Part shown: positions 39,095 to 49,988 of the stretch, piece after piece | Layout of the letters: every line of letters begins with the position of its first letter | Numbering within the stretch: position 1 is the first letter of the stretch | DNA from: Patescibacteria group bacterium | Lineage (GTDB): Bacteria > Patescibacteriota > Microgenomatia > UBA1400 > UBA1449 | Direction of reading: 5' to 3' | Assembly (NCBI GenBank): GCA_050942955.1 | Contig: JBMNOG010000004.1 | Location: forward strand, 4,431-68,430 | DNA length: 64,000 nucleotides | The notes under the pieces: generated by a model | Seen by the model: only the letters and a program-made list of their open reading frames with translations | The model's database searches: none | Told to the model about the DNA's origin: nothing | Position numbers and translations under genes: made by a program

Positions 39095-40639
39095 TTAGCG
39101 CTGTCCTTTAAAGAACGACTGAACCTCGTCAAACTGAGGACGGCTGGAAAAGTCGTTGTTAATTAGTGCTTCATTACCACCCATGCCCATATGCCAGTAA
39201 TTGAAGCCAACAACACCTGGGCGATTGCAGGCACCCATACTGTCTATAACCTGACGCTCTACATCACCTGAACCGGCACTTCCCCATTCACCGATAATGA
39301 TGGGTACTCCGGGATACCTGGACTGAAGTTCATCCAAACCTTGCTTCATGGTTTGACCGATGAGTTCAGGGTAGTGGTCGATAGTAATATTTCCCATCTT
39401 CTGGACTGTGGTATCTTCCAAGATACCATTCCAATCAGGGTTATTACTGCCCCAAGCGATAAAACCGTCAAAACCGTAGTAGCCGGTTTTTACTTTACCA
39501 CCCAAACCTATTTCAGAGAAAGCCTGGTTGGAAACATCAATAGCATCCCTCAGCCACTGGTTGAAGTGCTTAATATCTCTGAACTGGCAAACACCCTGCG
39601 CGCAGTAGGTCATATTACCAATACCACCATTCTGCGGTTCCGGTGCGGGGGTAAAGATATCTCCCTCAGCAAAGAAATCCCGATGAGCTTTTATGTAATC
39701 CCGGGTTTTTGCTAAATAGTCAGTGCTGTTGTTTTTGGGAGTATCGTAGATACCTTCAAATGCCAAAAACATGTGACGGTGCCACACTTTCAGACCCCTT
39801 GAGCGGATAACATCCACCCAGGTTTTAGTGTATGAAACAGCATCGCCGCAAGCCGGATTGTCATATGGCGTTTCAACAGCTACATGGGTTACACCCAGCT
39901 CTTTAGCCTTATCCACCCAGCGTTCAATATACCCATGGTCAGGCATATTACAAATCCTATCCTTAGTCTCCTTCATTGAGGAAACACTCTGGATTTCCCA
40001 GCTTTTACCAGTCAAAGGAACCGGAGCGGGGGTTGGGGTTGGTGTAGGCAGCGGCTCAGTTGTTGGCTGAGGAGTTGGCTCAGTTGTTGGAACTGGAGTC
40101 GGATCCGGAGTAGGGCTTGGGGGCGGATCCTCTGAAACCGCTTTACTGCCCAGCAGTTTAGCGCTGGTAATATCTACTTTAAACTCACCACGGTTCCAGA
40201 TTCGCACATGGAATGTCCCTACCCGTTCGTTTGTTTTTAACCCGGGAAAATCTGCAAGCGGAATAGTAACAGTCTGTTCCCCGTTTTTGCAGTTTTCTCC
40301 GTAGTTAGAAAGAGACACATAGTGCCATTCACCACCATAGGGCTGATCGAAAATCAGGGCTGATGCATCTCCTCCCAGCAAACAAGTGCCGTGGAGATTG
40401 TATGTAACTTCTAAGGCAGTTTTGTTGTTTAAGGAGTTGGACCTAATCGGCTGGTAACGCTCCGAAGCGCCATCTCGGCCGCTTAAGTTCCAGGGACGTT
40501 TAAGGAGCTCAGTGCTTTCTTCAGCTTTTACTGAAGAAATACTCCCTGAAAAGATTGTGACTAACATACCGGCAAGCGCCAGTAGAGACAGGTATTTTCT
40601 ACCGTGTCTTTTGAAAGTCGTTGAAAGACTTTGCGACAT
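39095..40639 (-). CDS. Secreted protein: beta-rich domain, Pro/Thr linker, clan GH-A-like TIM barrel
   Basis: Signal/TM segment, PTPDPTP linker, APEP and IIGEWG motifs; start uncertain. Confidence 0.65.
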   Translation of the reverse strand: MSQSLSTTFKRHGRKYLSLLALAGMLVTIFSGSISSVKAEESTELLKRPWNLSGRDGASERYQPIRSNSLNNKTALEVTYNLHGTCLLGGDASALIFDQPYGGEWHYVSLSNYGENCKNGEQTVTIPLADFPGLKTNERVGTFHVRIWNRGEFKVDITSAKLLGSKAVSEDPPPSPTPDPTPVPTTEPTPQPTTEPLPTPTPTPAPVPLTGKSWEIQSVSSMKETKDRICNMPDHGYIERWVDKAKELGVTHVAVETPYDNPACGDAVSYTKTWVDVIRSRGLKVWHRHMFLAFEGIYDTPKNNSTDYLAKTRDYIKAHRDFFAEGDIFTPAPEPQNGGIGNMTYCAQGVCQFRDIKHFNQWLRDAIDVSNQAFSEIGLGGKVKTGYYGFDGFIAWGSNNPDWNGILEDTTVQKMGNITIDHYPELIGQTMKQGLDELQSRYPGVPIIIGEWGSAGSGDVERQVIDSMGACNRPGVVGFNYWHMGMGGNEALINNDFSSRPQFDEVQSFFKGQR

Positions 40640-41010
40640 ACAGAAAAATCCGAATTGCGAAACCACAAATGAATGCATTTGCTGCCGCATACTCTTACGC
40701 AAAAGCGGGAAATTCCACAATTCTCTTTCTTCTAACCAAACTTTATAAATGAAGCGAATTTCTTCAAGACGCTGAAATGTAAAAAATAGTAAGTACAATG
40801 TAAAGATTGCGTAAGGGAGTTTCGATACTAGCAAATAGCTACCTAATTGCAAGGGTAGATAGGTATGTTTTTCAGGCAGAGTTAGAAGAAGTTTTGAAAG
40901 TTTTTATTTTTATTTATATTGATATAGTAGTAATAAATAAATTTGTGCTACTAACACACCATCAATATATTAGTTTGGTTAAAACTACAGGGGAAAGTTA
41001 TTCCAGTACG

Positions 41011-42495
41011 TTATACAGGACATGTATGCGCCACAGGCCCAATCCACATGTTGCCGTCCTTGGCTAGAAGTTCATTTGCCTCTTTGGGTCCCCAGGTGCC
41101 AGCTTTATACAAAGCAGGGGTAACATCATGTTTTTTAAGATAATTAAGAAATGGATCAACAAACTTCCAGGCAGCAAAAACAGAATTAATATTCATAAAC
41201 CATGTCCGTTTCCCTGAATACGCTTGCTCAATAACTTGTTCATAGGCTTCTATGTGCTCTTTGAAAAAATTATGGTAGCAAAAGTTCATGACAACCGGTT
41301 CAAGGTCAAAACCTCCCCCTGGTTTTTGGGCATCAAAACGCAGAAAGATGCCCTCAGCGGGTTGGATACGGATGGTAAGAATGTTATGTCGAGACCTGTC
41401 TTGAAAAACGCTTTTAGGAGATTTCTTAAATAAGATTGATAACTCAACTACAGATTGGGGCAGACGCTTGCCGGCACGGACATAAATGGGAATATTTCTC
41501 CAGTTATGGTTATTAATATAAATTTTCATGGCGGCAAACGTTTCAGTTTTTGAGTCTTTGGCTACACCCTGCTCTTCTCTGTAGCTTTTTACAGGCTGAT
41601 TGCTAAGACATCCGTTCTCATACTGTCCCACCGTAAAGTAGTTTTTAATAAGCTTTTCATCAGGGATGTAGAGGTCTTCCAAAGCTTTAGCGCGAGCTGC
41701 TTGGACATCTTCGGCTTTAAGACTCGCTGGTCTTTCCATAACGGCCAGAGCCAGAAACTGTAATAAGTGGTTCTGAACAACATCCCTGATTGCCCCGGTT
41801 TTTTCGTAAAAGGAACCTCGCTGCTTCACTCCCATTTCCTCTGCCATAGTGATCTGCATGTGATGAATGTATGTTTTATTCCAAACACTTTCAAAGATAG
41901 TGTTAGCAAAACGGAACGCTAAAATATTTTCAATCGTCTCTTTGCCTAAATAATGGTCGACAGGGAATATCTGTTCGGGCCTGAAGTGTTTTTCAACAGC
42001 TTTGTTTAGCTTGGTTGCAGAAGCAAGGTTAGTACCAAACGGTTTTTCAATAAGGACTCTTACCCACCCTCTAGTTTTATGTCTCATTTCTCCAAGGTTT
42101 TTTACAGCATCTACAAATAAATTTGGCGGAACAGAAAGATGAAATAGAAGGTTTATTTCACTATCTTGTTCTCCTGATAGTTTGCTGATTAACCTATTTA
42201 GGGAAGTAAACGTTTTCTTATCAGTCAAATCACCACGGACATAATAAATCTTAGTTTTAAACTGATTCCAGGCACTTTCATTAAGAACTCCAAGACTTCC
42301 CTCTAAACTTCGGCGGACATGAAGTATGAATTCTTCTTTTGTAAGTGGGCGCCTGCCGTTCCCAACTAAAACAATATCCTGGGGTACGCGCATGGTTTCA
42401 AACAAGTTGAAAACCGCAGGAATAATATTTTTCTCGGCCAGGTCGCCGGTTATTCCAAACACTGTAAAAATTAAAAGTCCCTTTTGCCTTGTCAT
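41011..42495 (-). CDS. zwf: Glucose-6-phosphate dehydrogenase
   Basis: FGITGDLA, EKPFG, DHYLGKE, DVVQNHL. Confidence 0.95.
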   Translation of the reverse strand: MTRQKGLLIFTVFGITGDLAEKNIIPAVFNLFETMRVPQDIVLVGNGRRPLTKEEFILHVRRSLEGSLGVLNESAWNQFKTKIYYVRGDLTDKKTFTSLNRLISKLSGEQDSEINLLFHLSVPPNLFVDAVKNLGEMRHKTRGWVRVLIEKPFGTNLASATKLNKAVEKHFRPEQIFPVDHYLGKETIENILAFRFANTIFESVWNKTYIHHMQITMAEEMGVKQRGSFYEKTGAIRDVVQNHLLQFLALAVMERPASLKAEDVQAARAKALEDLYIPDEKLIKNYFTVGQYENGCLSNQPVKSYREEQGVAKDSKTETFAAMKIYINNHNWRNIPIYVRAGKRLPQSVVELSILFKKSPKSVFQDRSRHNILTIRIQPAEGIFLRFDAQKPGGGFDLEPVVMNFCYHNFFKEHIEAYEQVIEQAYSGKRTWFMNINSVFAAWKFVDPFLNYLKKHDVTPALYKAGTWGPKEANELLAKDGNMWIGPVAHTCPV

Positions 42496-42528
42496 ATCCC
42501 TTCAATTATACAAGCCATAAATCTGTTG

Positions 42529-42693
42529 CTAGTAACGGGTTTTGCGAGCTGAGCCGCCTTTGACTCCTAAACTCAACCTCTCTTTTAAAACCTTTTTATG
42601 AAGATTATCTTGACCTAATAACTTCATGTGTTCCTGCTTTTCATTGTCATTAGCAGCTTCGTACCCGCATACAGGACAGATCCAGTATGCCAT
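42529..42693 (-). CDS. Unannotated 54-aa C2H2-like zinc-finger microprotein
   Basis: AAGGAGGTGA SD; MAYWICPVCGYEAANDNEKQEHMKLLGQDNLHKK... Confidence 0.75.
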   Translation of the reverse strand: MAYWICPVCGYEAANDNEKQEHMKLLGQDNLHKKVLKERLSLGVKGGSARKTRY

Positions 42694-42891
42694 ATGTGTC
42701 ACCTCCTTCCTTCCAGAAGATTGTAAAAAGTGCGAAGTTTGTATTTAGTAAATAGTCAAAATAGTAACAATTTTTTAGATTACGTAGCAAACATAATAAC
42801 AATTTGATAGTTTTGTAAGAGACAGGTAAGTAACTAAAATAACTCTGGCATTTCTGTAAAAAATCCATACAATAAATGTAGATACCTAGTT

Positions 42892-43656
42892 ATGACTGCA
42901 GAATACCCTTCTCCATCCCAAGAACAAATAGCCAGGCTACCTGAAAAAAAAGATTTACTGTCAAAAATCAGACCATCGATGGTTCCGGTACTTATGGCAA
43001 TTGTTATAACTTTAAGTGGCTGTAGCGATGCGCAAATAGAAAACGCAATCGCAGCTGAAGCTACAGCCACTGCACAATATCAGGCCGATAGGTACGCGGC
43101 CGAGCAAGCGTATAAGGAAGAAACCGGTATAACCGCATGGGAAGAGCGGCTAAAACAAGAGCAGGTAGATCAGGAAAGGATAGTTGCTCAAAAAGCAGCA
43201 CTTGAAACAGCCTTGAATAATAGTATGGGTCTGAATCCATACAGACAAGTTATCTACGACCCATCAAAGTATCGGGTTATGCCAGAAGAAGGAGTAAATA
43301 TACGGACTTTTCCCAGCTCTATGTTAAAAAATGAAACTATTATTGGAGGCCTAAGTCAGGGCATGATCCTGCCGGAGATAGAGTTTACTATTAAAAGAGA
43401 CACTGGAAAAGATATTGAGTACTGGGCAGCTATTCCTTGGCCTCAACTTGAAGAAGTTGTACATGTTCCAGAATACGGAACAGAGACAGAGCATCTTCGC
43501 AGGGGCTACATCAAAAGCGATGTAATGGGTCAAAATCTACCAATAAGTACACAAGAGACGGGGCAGGAAAGAGAAGGATATGGCTTTGTCTGTATTAGTA
43601 TGGGAGCTACAAATTATGTGGGTTTGGAAAAAGTGCCTGATAACGTAGTTAATTAA
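42892..43656 (+). CDS. Hypothetical lipoprotein-like protein (SH3b-like segment)
   Basis: TLSGC, coiled coil, GVNIRTFPS. Confidence 0.6.
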   Translation: MTAEYPSPSQEQIARLPEKKDLLSKIRPSMVPVLMAIVITLSGCSDAQIENAIAAEATATAQYQADRYAAEQAYKEETGITAWEERLKQEQVDQERIVAQKAALETALNNSMGLNPYRQVIYDPSKYRVMPEEGVNIRTFPSSMLKNETIIGGLSQGMILPEIEFTIKRDTGKDIEYWAAIPWPQLEEVVHVPEYGTETEHLRRGYIKSDVMGQNLPISTQETGQEREGYGFVCISMGATNYVGLEKVPDNVVN

Positions 43657-43709
43657 ATAGCTATTAAAGATAGATTTTAGAGTGTTAATCACTACACTTA
43701 TAGAGTAAA

Positions 43710-44597
43710 CTACCCAAGCTGATTAGAAGTAGTACTGAGTATGAACTCAGCGTTAGCAACCTGAAACCATCTAGTCGTATACTTTTCAATTTCTGCCATT
43801 TCTATTTTTGCATCCCTATGTTGAAACAAAAGCTCTAGAAGCTCTAGTCCTTCCCTGTAAAATCCCTGCTGTTGTTTGGGCAAAGCTGAGGCTACAGTTA
43901 ACATAACCATGTCTTCAAAAATCTGATCAGCATGCTGTTTATCAATTTGTTCTAATCTTGCAACTAAAGGTTCCACTTCAATGGGGGCATGAACCTTAAT
44001 TGCACCTTTTAGACCTTCTTTGCAAGATGTGATTGGGAGAACAAATCCCGCTCTGCGTGCCAGTTTTGCCAAACCAGGCTTAGCTTCAATCATCTGCTTA
44101 CTTCGTTTCCCTTCAGGATAATACGCTACTACACCACCATTTCTAAGAATTCTTATAGCTTCCCTTAAAGACGCAGGGTTATTCAATTTACACACTTCTT
44201 CACTGAAGTCATCTTTTTCTCTCCAGATATCAATTGTCTTAATCCCCATCGTCTCAATCCCTTTTGGAACTGCCTGCCCCCACTTACCGGCCTTTCGTCC
44301 TTCTCTGAATCCTCTAGCAAGCATTATTGCCCTTGTCTCAGGGTTGGCTTCTAACTCTTTAACTATCCAAGCAGAATCGTACGTTCGCACCAAATTTGGG
44401 TGATTGAGAACAACTAAACACGACTGGCCGCCAACCAACCTTTCTTGGGCCTCATTAAGGTTATATTCTCCCTCTATTTTGGTAAAGACTTCCAGCACTT
44501 TAGTCAATTTAACAAAGGGCTCAACTTCTTCAGGAACCCCAAAGGTTCCGGGAATTCTTTCGTATAGTAGTGTTCTCAGGAAATTTTCGCGCTCCAT
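43710..44597 (-). CDS. PlsC-like acyltransferase, divergent
   Basis: VLNH...D, YPEGKRS, KPGLA. Confidence 0.7.
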   Translation of the reverse strand: MERENFLRTLLYERIPGTFGVPEEVEPFVKLTKVLEVFTKIEGEYNLNEAQERLVGGQSCLVVLNHPNLVRTYDSAWIVKELEANPETRAIMLARGFREGRKAGKWGQAVPKGIETMGIKTIDIWREKDDFSEEVCKLNNPASLREAIRILRNGGVVAYYPEGKRSKQMIEAKPGLAKLARRAGFVLPITSCKEGLKGAIKVHAPIEVEPLVARLEQIDKQHADQIFEDMVMLTVASALPKQQQGFYREGLELLELLFQHRDAKIEMAEIEKYTTRWFQVANAEFILSTTSNQLG

Positions 44598-44714
44598 ACA
44601 GCTTGATTATTTTCTCAATTAGAAAACAAAAAATGTATTATACCCTAACTGTCAGGCATAAGCCAGATAGCTTGGTTGATTTTCTTTTTACTTATTGTAT
44701 AGTGTGTTTATCTT

Positions 44715-45287
44715 ATGATTGCGTATCTTTCCGGTACTGTTACTCATCTTTCTCCCGGCAGCTGTATTGTTCTTGCTGGCAGCGTTGGGTATGAGGTTTT
44801 TGTGCCAATCCGCACTGCCCAGAAACTCAAAACAGATAAATCTACTGAGTTGTATATTTATACCTATGTTCGCGAAGACCAGTTGAAACTATTCGGTTTT
44901 GAGACTCTACTTGAAAGGGATATTTTCACCTCAATTCTCAGTGTTTCAGGTGTTGGCCCCAAAATTGGCTTATCGATTTTGTCTTCCGGCACTGCCAGTG
45001 AAATCACTAAAGCTATAAGTGAAGCTAATGTCAGTTTCTTTACGAAAATTAAGGGCTTGGGTAAGAAGAATGCCCAGAAAATAATCATTGATTTAAAAAG
45101 TAAACTTGGTAGTATACAAGAACTTGATCTGCAAAATGAGACATCATACTCTGAAGACGTTATCGAAGCATTACAAACTTTTGGGTTCGGGAAGAAGGAA
45201 ATAGTTACTACCCTTGAATCACTTGATAAAGATCTTCCTGAACCTCAACTCATAAAACTAGCCCTGCAACGGCTTGGAAAAGCGTAG
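44715..45287 (+). CDS. ruvA: Holliday junction branch migration protein RuvA
   Basis: MIAYLSG, VGYEV, VREDQLKLFGF, VSGVGPK. Confidence 0.95.
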   Translation: MIAYLSGTVTHLSPGSCIVLAGSVGYEVFVPIRTAQKLKTDKSTELYIYTYVREDQLKLFGFETLLERDIFTSILSVSGVGPKIGLSILSSGTASEITKAISEANVSFFTKIKGLGKKNAQKIIIDLKSKLGSIQELDLQNETSYSEDVIEALQTFGFGKKEIVTTLESLDKDLPEPQLIKLALQRLGKA

Positions 45288-45288
45288 C

Positions 45289-46287
45289 ATGACACCGCCC
45301 AACTCACTTAAACCAACTGAGGAAATCTTTGATCAAACCTTGCGGCCAAAATCTCTAAAAGACTTTAATGGCCAGCCGACTATCAAGAAAAACTTGGAGA
45401 TTTTGGTTTCAGCCAGTAAAAATCGTAATGAACCGATCGATCATATTCTATTTTATGGTCCGCCAGGATTAGGTAAAACTTCTTTAGCTAATGTCATTGC
45501 CTCAGAAATGGGTGTCAGTATCCGTATTACTTCCGGTCCGGCTATAGAGAGATCAGGAGATTTGGCAGCGATTTTAACTAATTTGCAGGAGGGCGATATC
45601 TTGTTTATTGATGAAATCCACAGACTTAATAAAACCGTTGAAGAGACTCTCTACCCTGCCATGGAAGATTTTTGTCTGGATATCATTGTAGGTAAAGGAC
45701 CGGCCGCCAGAAGCTTGAGGCTTGATTTACCCAAGTTTACCATTATCGGAGCAACCACCCGCATTGGGGCTATTGCCTCTCCTCTTAGAGACCGCTTCGG
45801 GGCAGTCTACAGACTGCAGTTTTACAACGAAACTGATCTTGAAAAAATTATCCTGCGCTCAGCCTCCATCTTAAAGCTCAATATTTCTAAAAAAGCTGCC
45901 GCAGTACTAGCAAAACGATCGCGCCGCACACCCAGAATTGCCAATAGGCTTCTTCGTCGTGTGCGAGACTTTGCCGAAATCAAAAACAACGGGGTAATTG
46001 ATGAGCAGATTTTAGGCAAAGCCCTTGATTTTCTGGAGATTGACAGCAATGGTCTTGATCATACTGACCGCCAGTACTTGAAAACTATTTGCCATAAGTA
46101 CCAGGGCGGACCGGTTGGCCTTGAGACGATTGCTACAACTATGGCCGATGACGCCAGCTCAGTTGAGGAAGTCTGCGAGCCTTATCTGATGCAACTGGGG
46201 TTTGTGAAACGGACAAAGCAGGGCCGGGTAGCTACAAAAAAGGCCTTTGACTATCTGGGTAAAGAGAAAATCCCAACGTTATTTTAA
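45289..46287 (+). CDS. ruvB: Holliday junction helicase RuvB
   Basis: LRPK, GPPGLGKT, FIDEIHR, GATTR. Confidence 0.97.
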   Translation: MTPPNSLKPTEEIFDQTLRPKSLKDFNGQPTIKKNLEILVSASKNRNEPIDHILFYGPPGLGKTSLANVIASEMGVSIRITSGPAIERSGDLAAILTNLQEGDILFIDEIHRLNKTVEETLYPAMEDFCLDIIVGKGPAARSLRLDLPKFTIIGATTRIGAIASPLRDRFGAVYRLQFYNETDLEKIILRSASILKLNISKKAAAVLAKRSRRTPRIANRLLRRVRDFAEIKNNGVIDEQILGKALDFLEIDSNGLDHTDRQYLKTICHKYQGGPVGLETIATTMADDASSVEEVCEPYLMQLGFVKRTKQGRVATKKAFDYLGKEKIPTLF

Positions 46288-46331
46288 CCCCAGGAACCGC
46301 AATCTACTCTTTGCTTGTATAATAACCACGT

Positions 46332-47489
46332 ATGCAGATTTTGTTTTCTACGCTTCTAAGATTCATAGCTTTTATATTTTGTTTGGTTTTACTTTCGTTA
46401 TTTCTACCTGCCAAGACACTAGCCATAACTGACCCGTTAGTAAGTGAAAACAATAAATTTGGGATTCACATCTTTGATCCATCAGAAATTGACAAGGTAA
46501 GCGATCTAGTTAACAGCAACGGTGGAGAATGGGGGTATGTAACTGTTCCTGTCAGGGCTGATGACCGCAACCGGGAAAAATGGAATGCTTTCATGAAGAA
46601 GTGTAGTGACAAGAAACTTATTCCTCTCATAAGGCTCGCTACTACCATGACTCCTAAAGGGTGGGTAAAGCCATCACAGTATGATGACATTGATTTTGCC
46701 AATTTTTTAAACGATCTTGATTGGCCTACCCAAAACCGCTACATCATCGTCTATAACGAACCCAACCATGCTACTGAATGGGGCGGCGAAGTTAACCCCG
46801 AAGAGTATGTTCAGGTTCTTGAAAAAACTACCCAGACATTTAAAGACAGAAATGAAAATTTCTTTATTTTACCTGCAGGACTAGATGCAGCCGCTCCAAA
46901 CAAGTCCGGCTACATGAACTGGAAAACATTTCTTATGCGTATGTATGCCGAAAACCATAACGCTTTGAGTTCTATTGATGGCTGGACATCTCACAGCTAC
47001 CCTAATCCAGCATTTTCCAGATCCCCATATGATAGACACGACCACAGTATTACATCCTTCAAACATGAAGCAGACCTTGTTAAGCGCTTAACTGGGAAAA
47101 CTCTGCCTGTTTTCATCACTGAAACCGGCTGGAGTAATGAGCACTTAAGTGACTGGACTATTGCTAATTACTATGAAGTGGCCTTTTCTTCAGCATGGGC
47201 AGATGACCAGATAGTAGCCATAACTCCATTTGTCCTCCATGCCGGTAATGGTCCTTTCACCGTTTTTTCATTGCTTCATCCTGACGGTAGTCCAAAACCT
47301 CAGTACGAAACACTCAAAAACCTACCTAAAACTAAAGGACAACCGCTACCCAATGTTGAAGAGCCCGAAGTTGAAACAGTTCTACCGGTTTTAGGTGAAG
47401 TTACTGAAGCCACACCGCCCAGTAAACCCCTTTTTGATATTAATACATTAAACAAGCTATCAGATGTTTTTAATTGGTTTAAGAACTAA
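46332..47489 (+). CDS. Secreted clan GH-A glycoside hydrolase-like protein
   Basis: YNEPN, SHSYP, FITETGW. Confidence 0.75.
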   Translation: MQILFSTLLRFIAFIFCLVLLSLFLPAKTLAITDPLVSENNKFGIHIFDPSEIDKVSDLVNSNGGEWGYVTVPVRADDRNREKWNAFMKKCSDKKLIPLIRLATTMTPKGWVKPSQYDDIDFANFLNDLDWPTQNRYIIVYNEPNHATEWGGEVNPEEYVQVLEKTTQTFKDRNENFFILPAGLDAAAPNKSGYMNWKTFLMRMYAENHNALSSIDGWTSHSYPNPAFSRSPYDRHDHSITSFKHEADLVKRLTGKTLPVFITETGWSNEHLSDWTIANYYEVAFSSAWADDQIVAITPFVLHAGNGPFTVFSLLHPDGSPKPQYETLKNLPKTKGQPLPNVEEPEVETVLPVLGEVTEATPPSKPLFDINTLNKLSDVFNWFKN

Positions 47490-47492
47490 CCT

Positions 47493-48179
47493 ATGCACTA
47501 CCTTATTCATGGAGACTACCATTTAGCTTCAAGAAACTATCTTGTTTCACTTATAGAACAGGAGAAAAAGAATAAAAGAGAAATTATCCGATTAGATGGG
47601 GTCAAAACCACTCTCAATGAACTTATCCAGGCTGCAGCCAGCAACTCGCTTTTTGGTAACGAAAAAACTATTGTAGCCGAAAATTTTTTTTCCAGACAGA
47701 AGTCAAACGAACAGCAGCAGATCCTTGAGTGGCTTAAATCATACGATAACACAAATACTCTCATTCTTTGGGAAAGCAAAAGTATCGGCAAAGTACTACA
47801 ACGCAGTCTCCCTCAGAAAACTCAGGTAAAGGAATTTAAAACTCCGGCGCTAGTTTTTAAGTTGGTAGAACAAATCTCCCCCAAAAATAAATCGCAAGCT
47901 CTGGGTACTTTAGAAACCGTTCTGCAAAAGGAGCCGGCAGAGTTTCTGTTTGCCATGATCTGCCGCCAAATCCGGCTTTTAACCATTATAAAAGGTGGTG
48001 CAGAGGTCAAAGGCGCTCCCTGGATGGTAGGCAAACTTAAAAAACAGGCGTCCGATTTTACCCTGGAGCAACTCTTGACAAACTACCAGAAACTTTACAG
48101 ACTTGATAAGCAAATTAAGACCGGCCAGACCATTATGCCGCTTTCATGGCATTTATCTGTGTGGCTGAGTGAATTATAA
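47493..48179 (+). CDS. holA: DNA polymerase III delta subunit (short form)
   Basis: YLIHG, SLFG, LDKQIKTG. Confidence 0.75.
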   Translation: MHYLIHGDYHLASRNYLVSLIEQEKKNKREIIRLDGVKTTLNELIQAAASNSLFGNEKTIVAENFFSRQKSNEQQQILEWLKSYDNTNTLILWESKSIGKVLQRSLPQKTQVKEFKTPALVFKLVEQISPKNKSQALGTLETVLQKEPAEFLFAMICRQIRLLTIIKGGAEVKGAPWMVGKLKKQASDFTLEQLLTNYQKLYRLDKQIKTGQTIMPLSWHLSVWLSEL

Positions 48180-48234
48180 AGTTACAGTTAGCCATTATAC
48201 GTTAAGTAAGATTACATGTTTTACTTATTCTTAG

Positions 48235-49602
48235 ATGGCTACCCATATGCAAGTCGATCCTTCAATCTTTAAATCCTATGATATTAGAGGTGTATACGAA
48301 GAGAATATTTCCGACAAAACAGCTAGTGCTATTGGTAAAGCCTTTGTTTCAGTAGTTAAACCTGAGAAAGTTGTGGTCGGCAGAGATGGAAGGGTTTCTG
48401 GACCAGCTTTACATAAGGAAATTGTTAAAAGTCTCACAGACATTGGCACAGATGTTATTGATATTGGCATGGTTTCTACAGATATGTACTACTACGCTTG
48501 CGCAGTAAAAGGGCTTTCCGGCATTATGATTACTGCCAGTCATAACCCCAAAGAGTACAACGGTTTTAAGATGGTGGAAAAAATCCCTTACTTTTTAACT
48601 GGAGATGAAGGGATTGCCCAAATCAGGAAGCTAATTGAGACTGATTCCCTCCCTCAACCTACAGCAAAAAAGGGGAAGGTTTCTCAGTGGAATGTAATGG
48701 ATGAGTTTATAAAAAAAATACTGTCTTTAGTTGATACAAAAACTATAAAACCGATGAAGGTGGTTGCAGATACAGGCAATGGTATGGTTGGCCCAATACT
48801 TGAAAAACTTACCAAGCATCTTCCGCAAATAACCATCGTCCCAATGTATTTTAAACCAGATGGTACTTTTCCAAACCATGGCGGTGACCCCTTACTTGAA
48901 GAAAACCGCAGAGAACTACAAAAGCGGGTGGTTTCCGAAAAAGCCGATTTGGGAGTTGCTTTTGATACCGATGGCGACCGCTTTTTTTCAATTGACAGTA
49001 AGGGTAGATTTGTTCCAGGAGACTTTCTAACAGCTATTCTTTCCCAATATTTTTTAATGGAAAATCCCGGTGCTGCAATAATCTATGACATTCGTGCCTC
49101 CTGGGTAGTACCTCACACTATTGAAGCTATGGGAGGTAAAGCTCTCTATAACCGTGTCGGCCATTCCTACATCAAAAAGCGGATGATAGAAGAAAACGGT
49201 TTGTTTGGAGGCGAAGTTAGTGGCCATTACTATTTTAAGGATTTCTTCCTTTGTGACACAGGAGTTGGTTCTATGCTCTACCTTATGGCATCACTCTCCC
49301 AGTCGGGCAAAGCCCTAACGCAAATCATGGATACGTATGAACAAACCTACTTCATTTCCGGAGAAATTAATAGCACGGTAGAGGATATCCCCGCTGTCCT
49401 AAATCGAATTGAAAAAAAATACGGACCCAACGCAGTAGAGGTTATAAAAATTGACGGCATAACCATCATTAACAAAGACTGGAAATTTAACGTCAGAGGT
49501 TCAAATACTGAACCTCTTATCAGACTTAATCTTGAAGCCACATCTAGAAAACTTATGGAAGAAAAACGCGATGAAGTCCTAGCAGCAATAAGAGGAAATT
49601 GA
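48235..49602 (+). CDS. Phosphomannomutase/phosphoglucomutase
   Basis: ITASHNP, FDTDGDR, GEVSGH, SNTEP. Confidence 0.95.
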   Translation: MATHMQVDPSIFKSYDIRGVYEENISDKTASAIGKAFVSVVKPEKVVVGRDGRVSGPALHKEIVKSLTDIGTDVIDIGMVSTDMYYYACAVKGLSGIMITASHNPKEYNGFKMVEKIPYFLTGDEGIAQIRKLIETDSLPQPTAKKGKVSQWNVMDEFIKKILSLVDTKTIKPMKVVADTGNGMVGPILEKLTKHLPQITIVPMYFKPDGTFPNHGGDPLLEENRRELQKRVVSEKADLGVAFDTDGDRFFSIDSKGRFVPGDFLTAILSQYFLMENPGAAIIYDIRASWVVPHTIEAMGGKALYNRVGHSYIKKRMIEENGLFGGEVSGHYYFKDFFLCDTGVGSMLYLMASLSQSGKALTQIMDTYEQTYFISGEINSTVEDIPAVLNRIEKKYGPNAVEVIKIDGITIINKDWKFNVRGSNTEPLIRLNLEATSRKLMEEKRDEVLAAIRGN

Positions 49603-49701
49603 GGTTTTGATGTCATTGCAAAACTCAGGACAGCAGACGCTCGGGAACTCACTCGCAAAAGCGAGGAAAAAATCCCGAACGCCTGCTGCGTTCACTGCAC
49701 G

Positions 49702-49863
49702 CTAGCTCGCTAATAACACAGCGTTAGGCATTCTTCCTAGCCGAAGAAGACGTTTGCAGCGCTTGCAAACATTCGTCTTCCCAGCAGGAGAAGTACTGAC
49801 AGAGCCTATCGCCGGTTCACCACAGAAGTCGCATATGCGCTTCTGGCGCTTTCTGTTACTCAT
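49702..49863 (-). CDS. 53-aa C4 zinc-finger microprotein
   Basis: AAGGAG SD; MSNRKRQKRICDFCGEPAIGSVSTSPAGKTNVCKRCKRLLRLGRMPNAVLLAS. Confidence 0.75.
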   Translation of the reverse strand: MSNRKRQKRICDFCGEPAIGSVSTSPAGKTNVCKRCKRLLRLGRMPNAVLLAS

Positions 49864-49985
49864 CGAAGTCTCCTTTGACGGGCATATTGGAGCTTCGTCT
49901 TGTTAGCACAGACCTGAGATCTAAAAATTCTCAAATACTTGGGCCTATGCTTTATCCGACAGCTTGCTTGAGATGGTTTGTCCAC
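49860..49985 (-). CDS. 41-aa basic microprotein
   Basis: GAGGAG SD, GTG start; MDKPSQASCRIKHRPKYLRIFRSQVCANKTKLQYARQRRLR; ATGA overlap with next ORF. Confidence 0.55.
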   Translation of the reverse strand: MDKPSQASCRIKHRPKYLRIFRSQVCANKTKLQYARQRRLR

Positions 49986-49988
49986 ACC

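Noticed and set aside
39085-40790. Possible long-range pairing TTTCAGCGT / ACGCTTGAAA around the secreted GH-like gene
   Set aside because: Only 9 bp with a bulge over 1.7 kb, a poor boxA match and no SD; compatible with chance.
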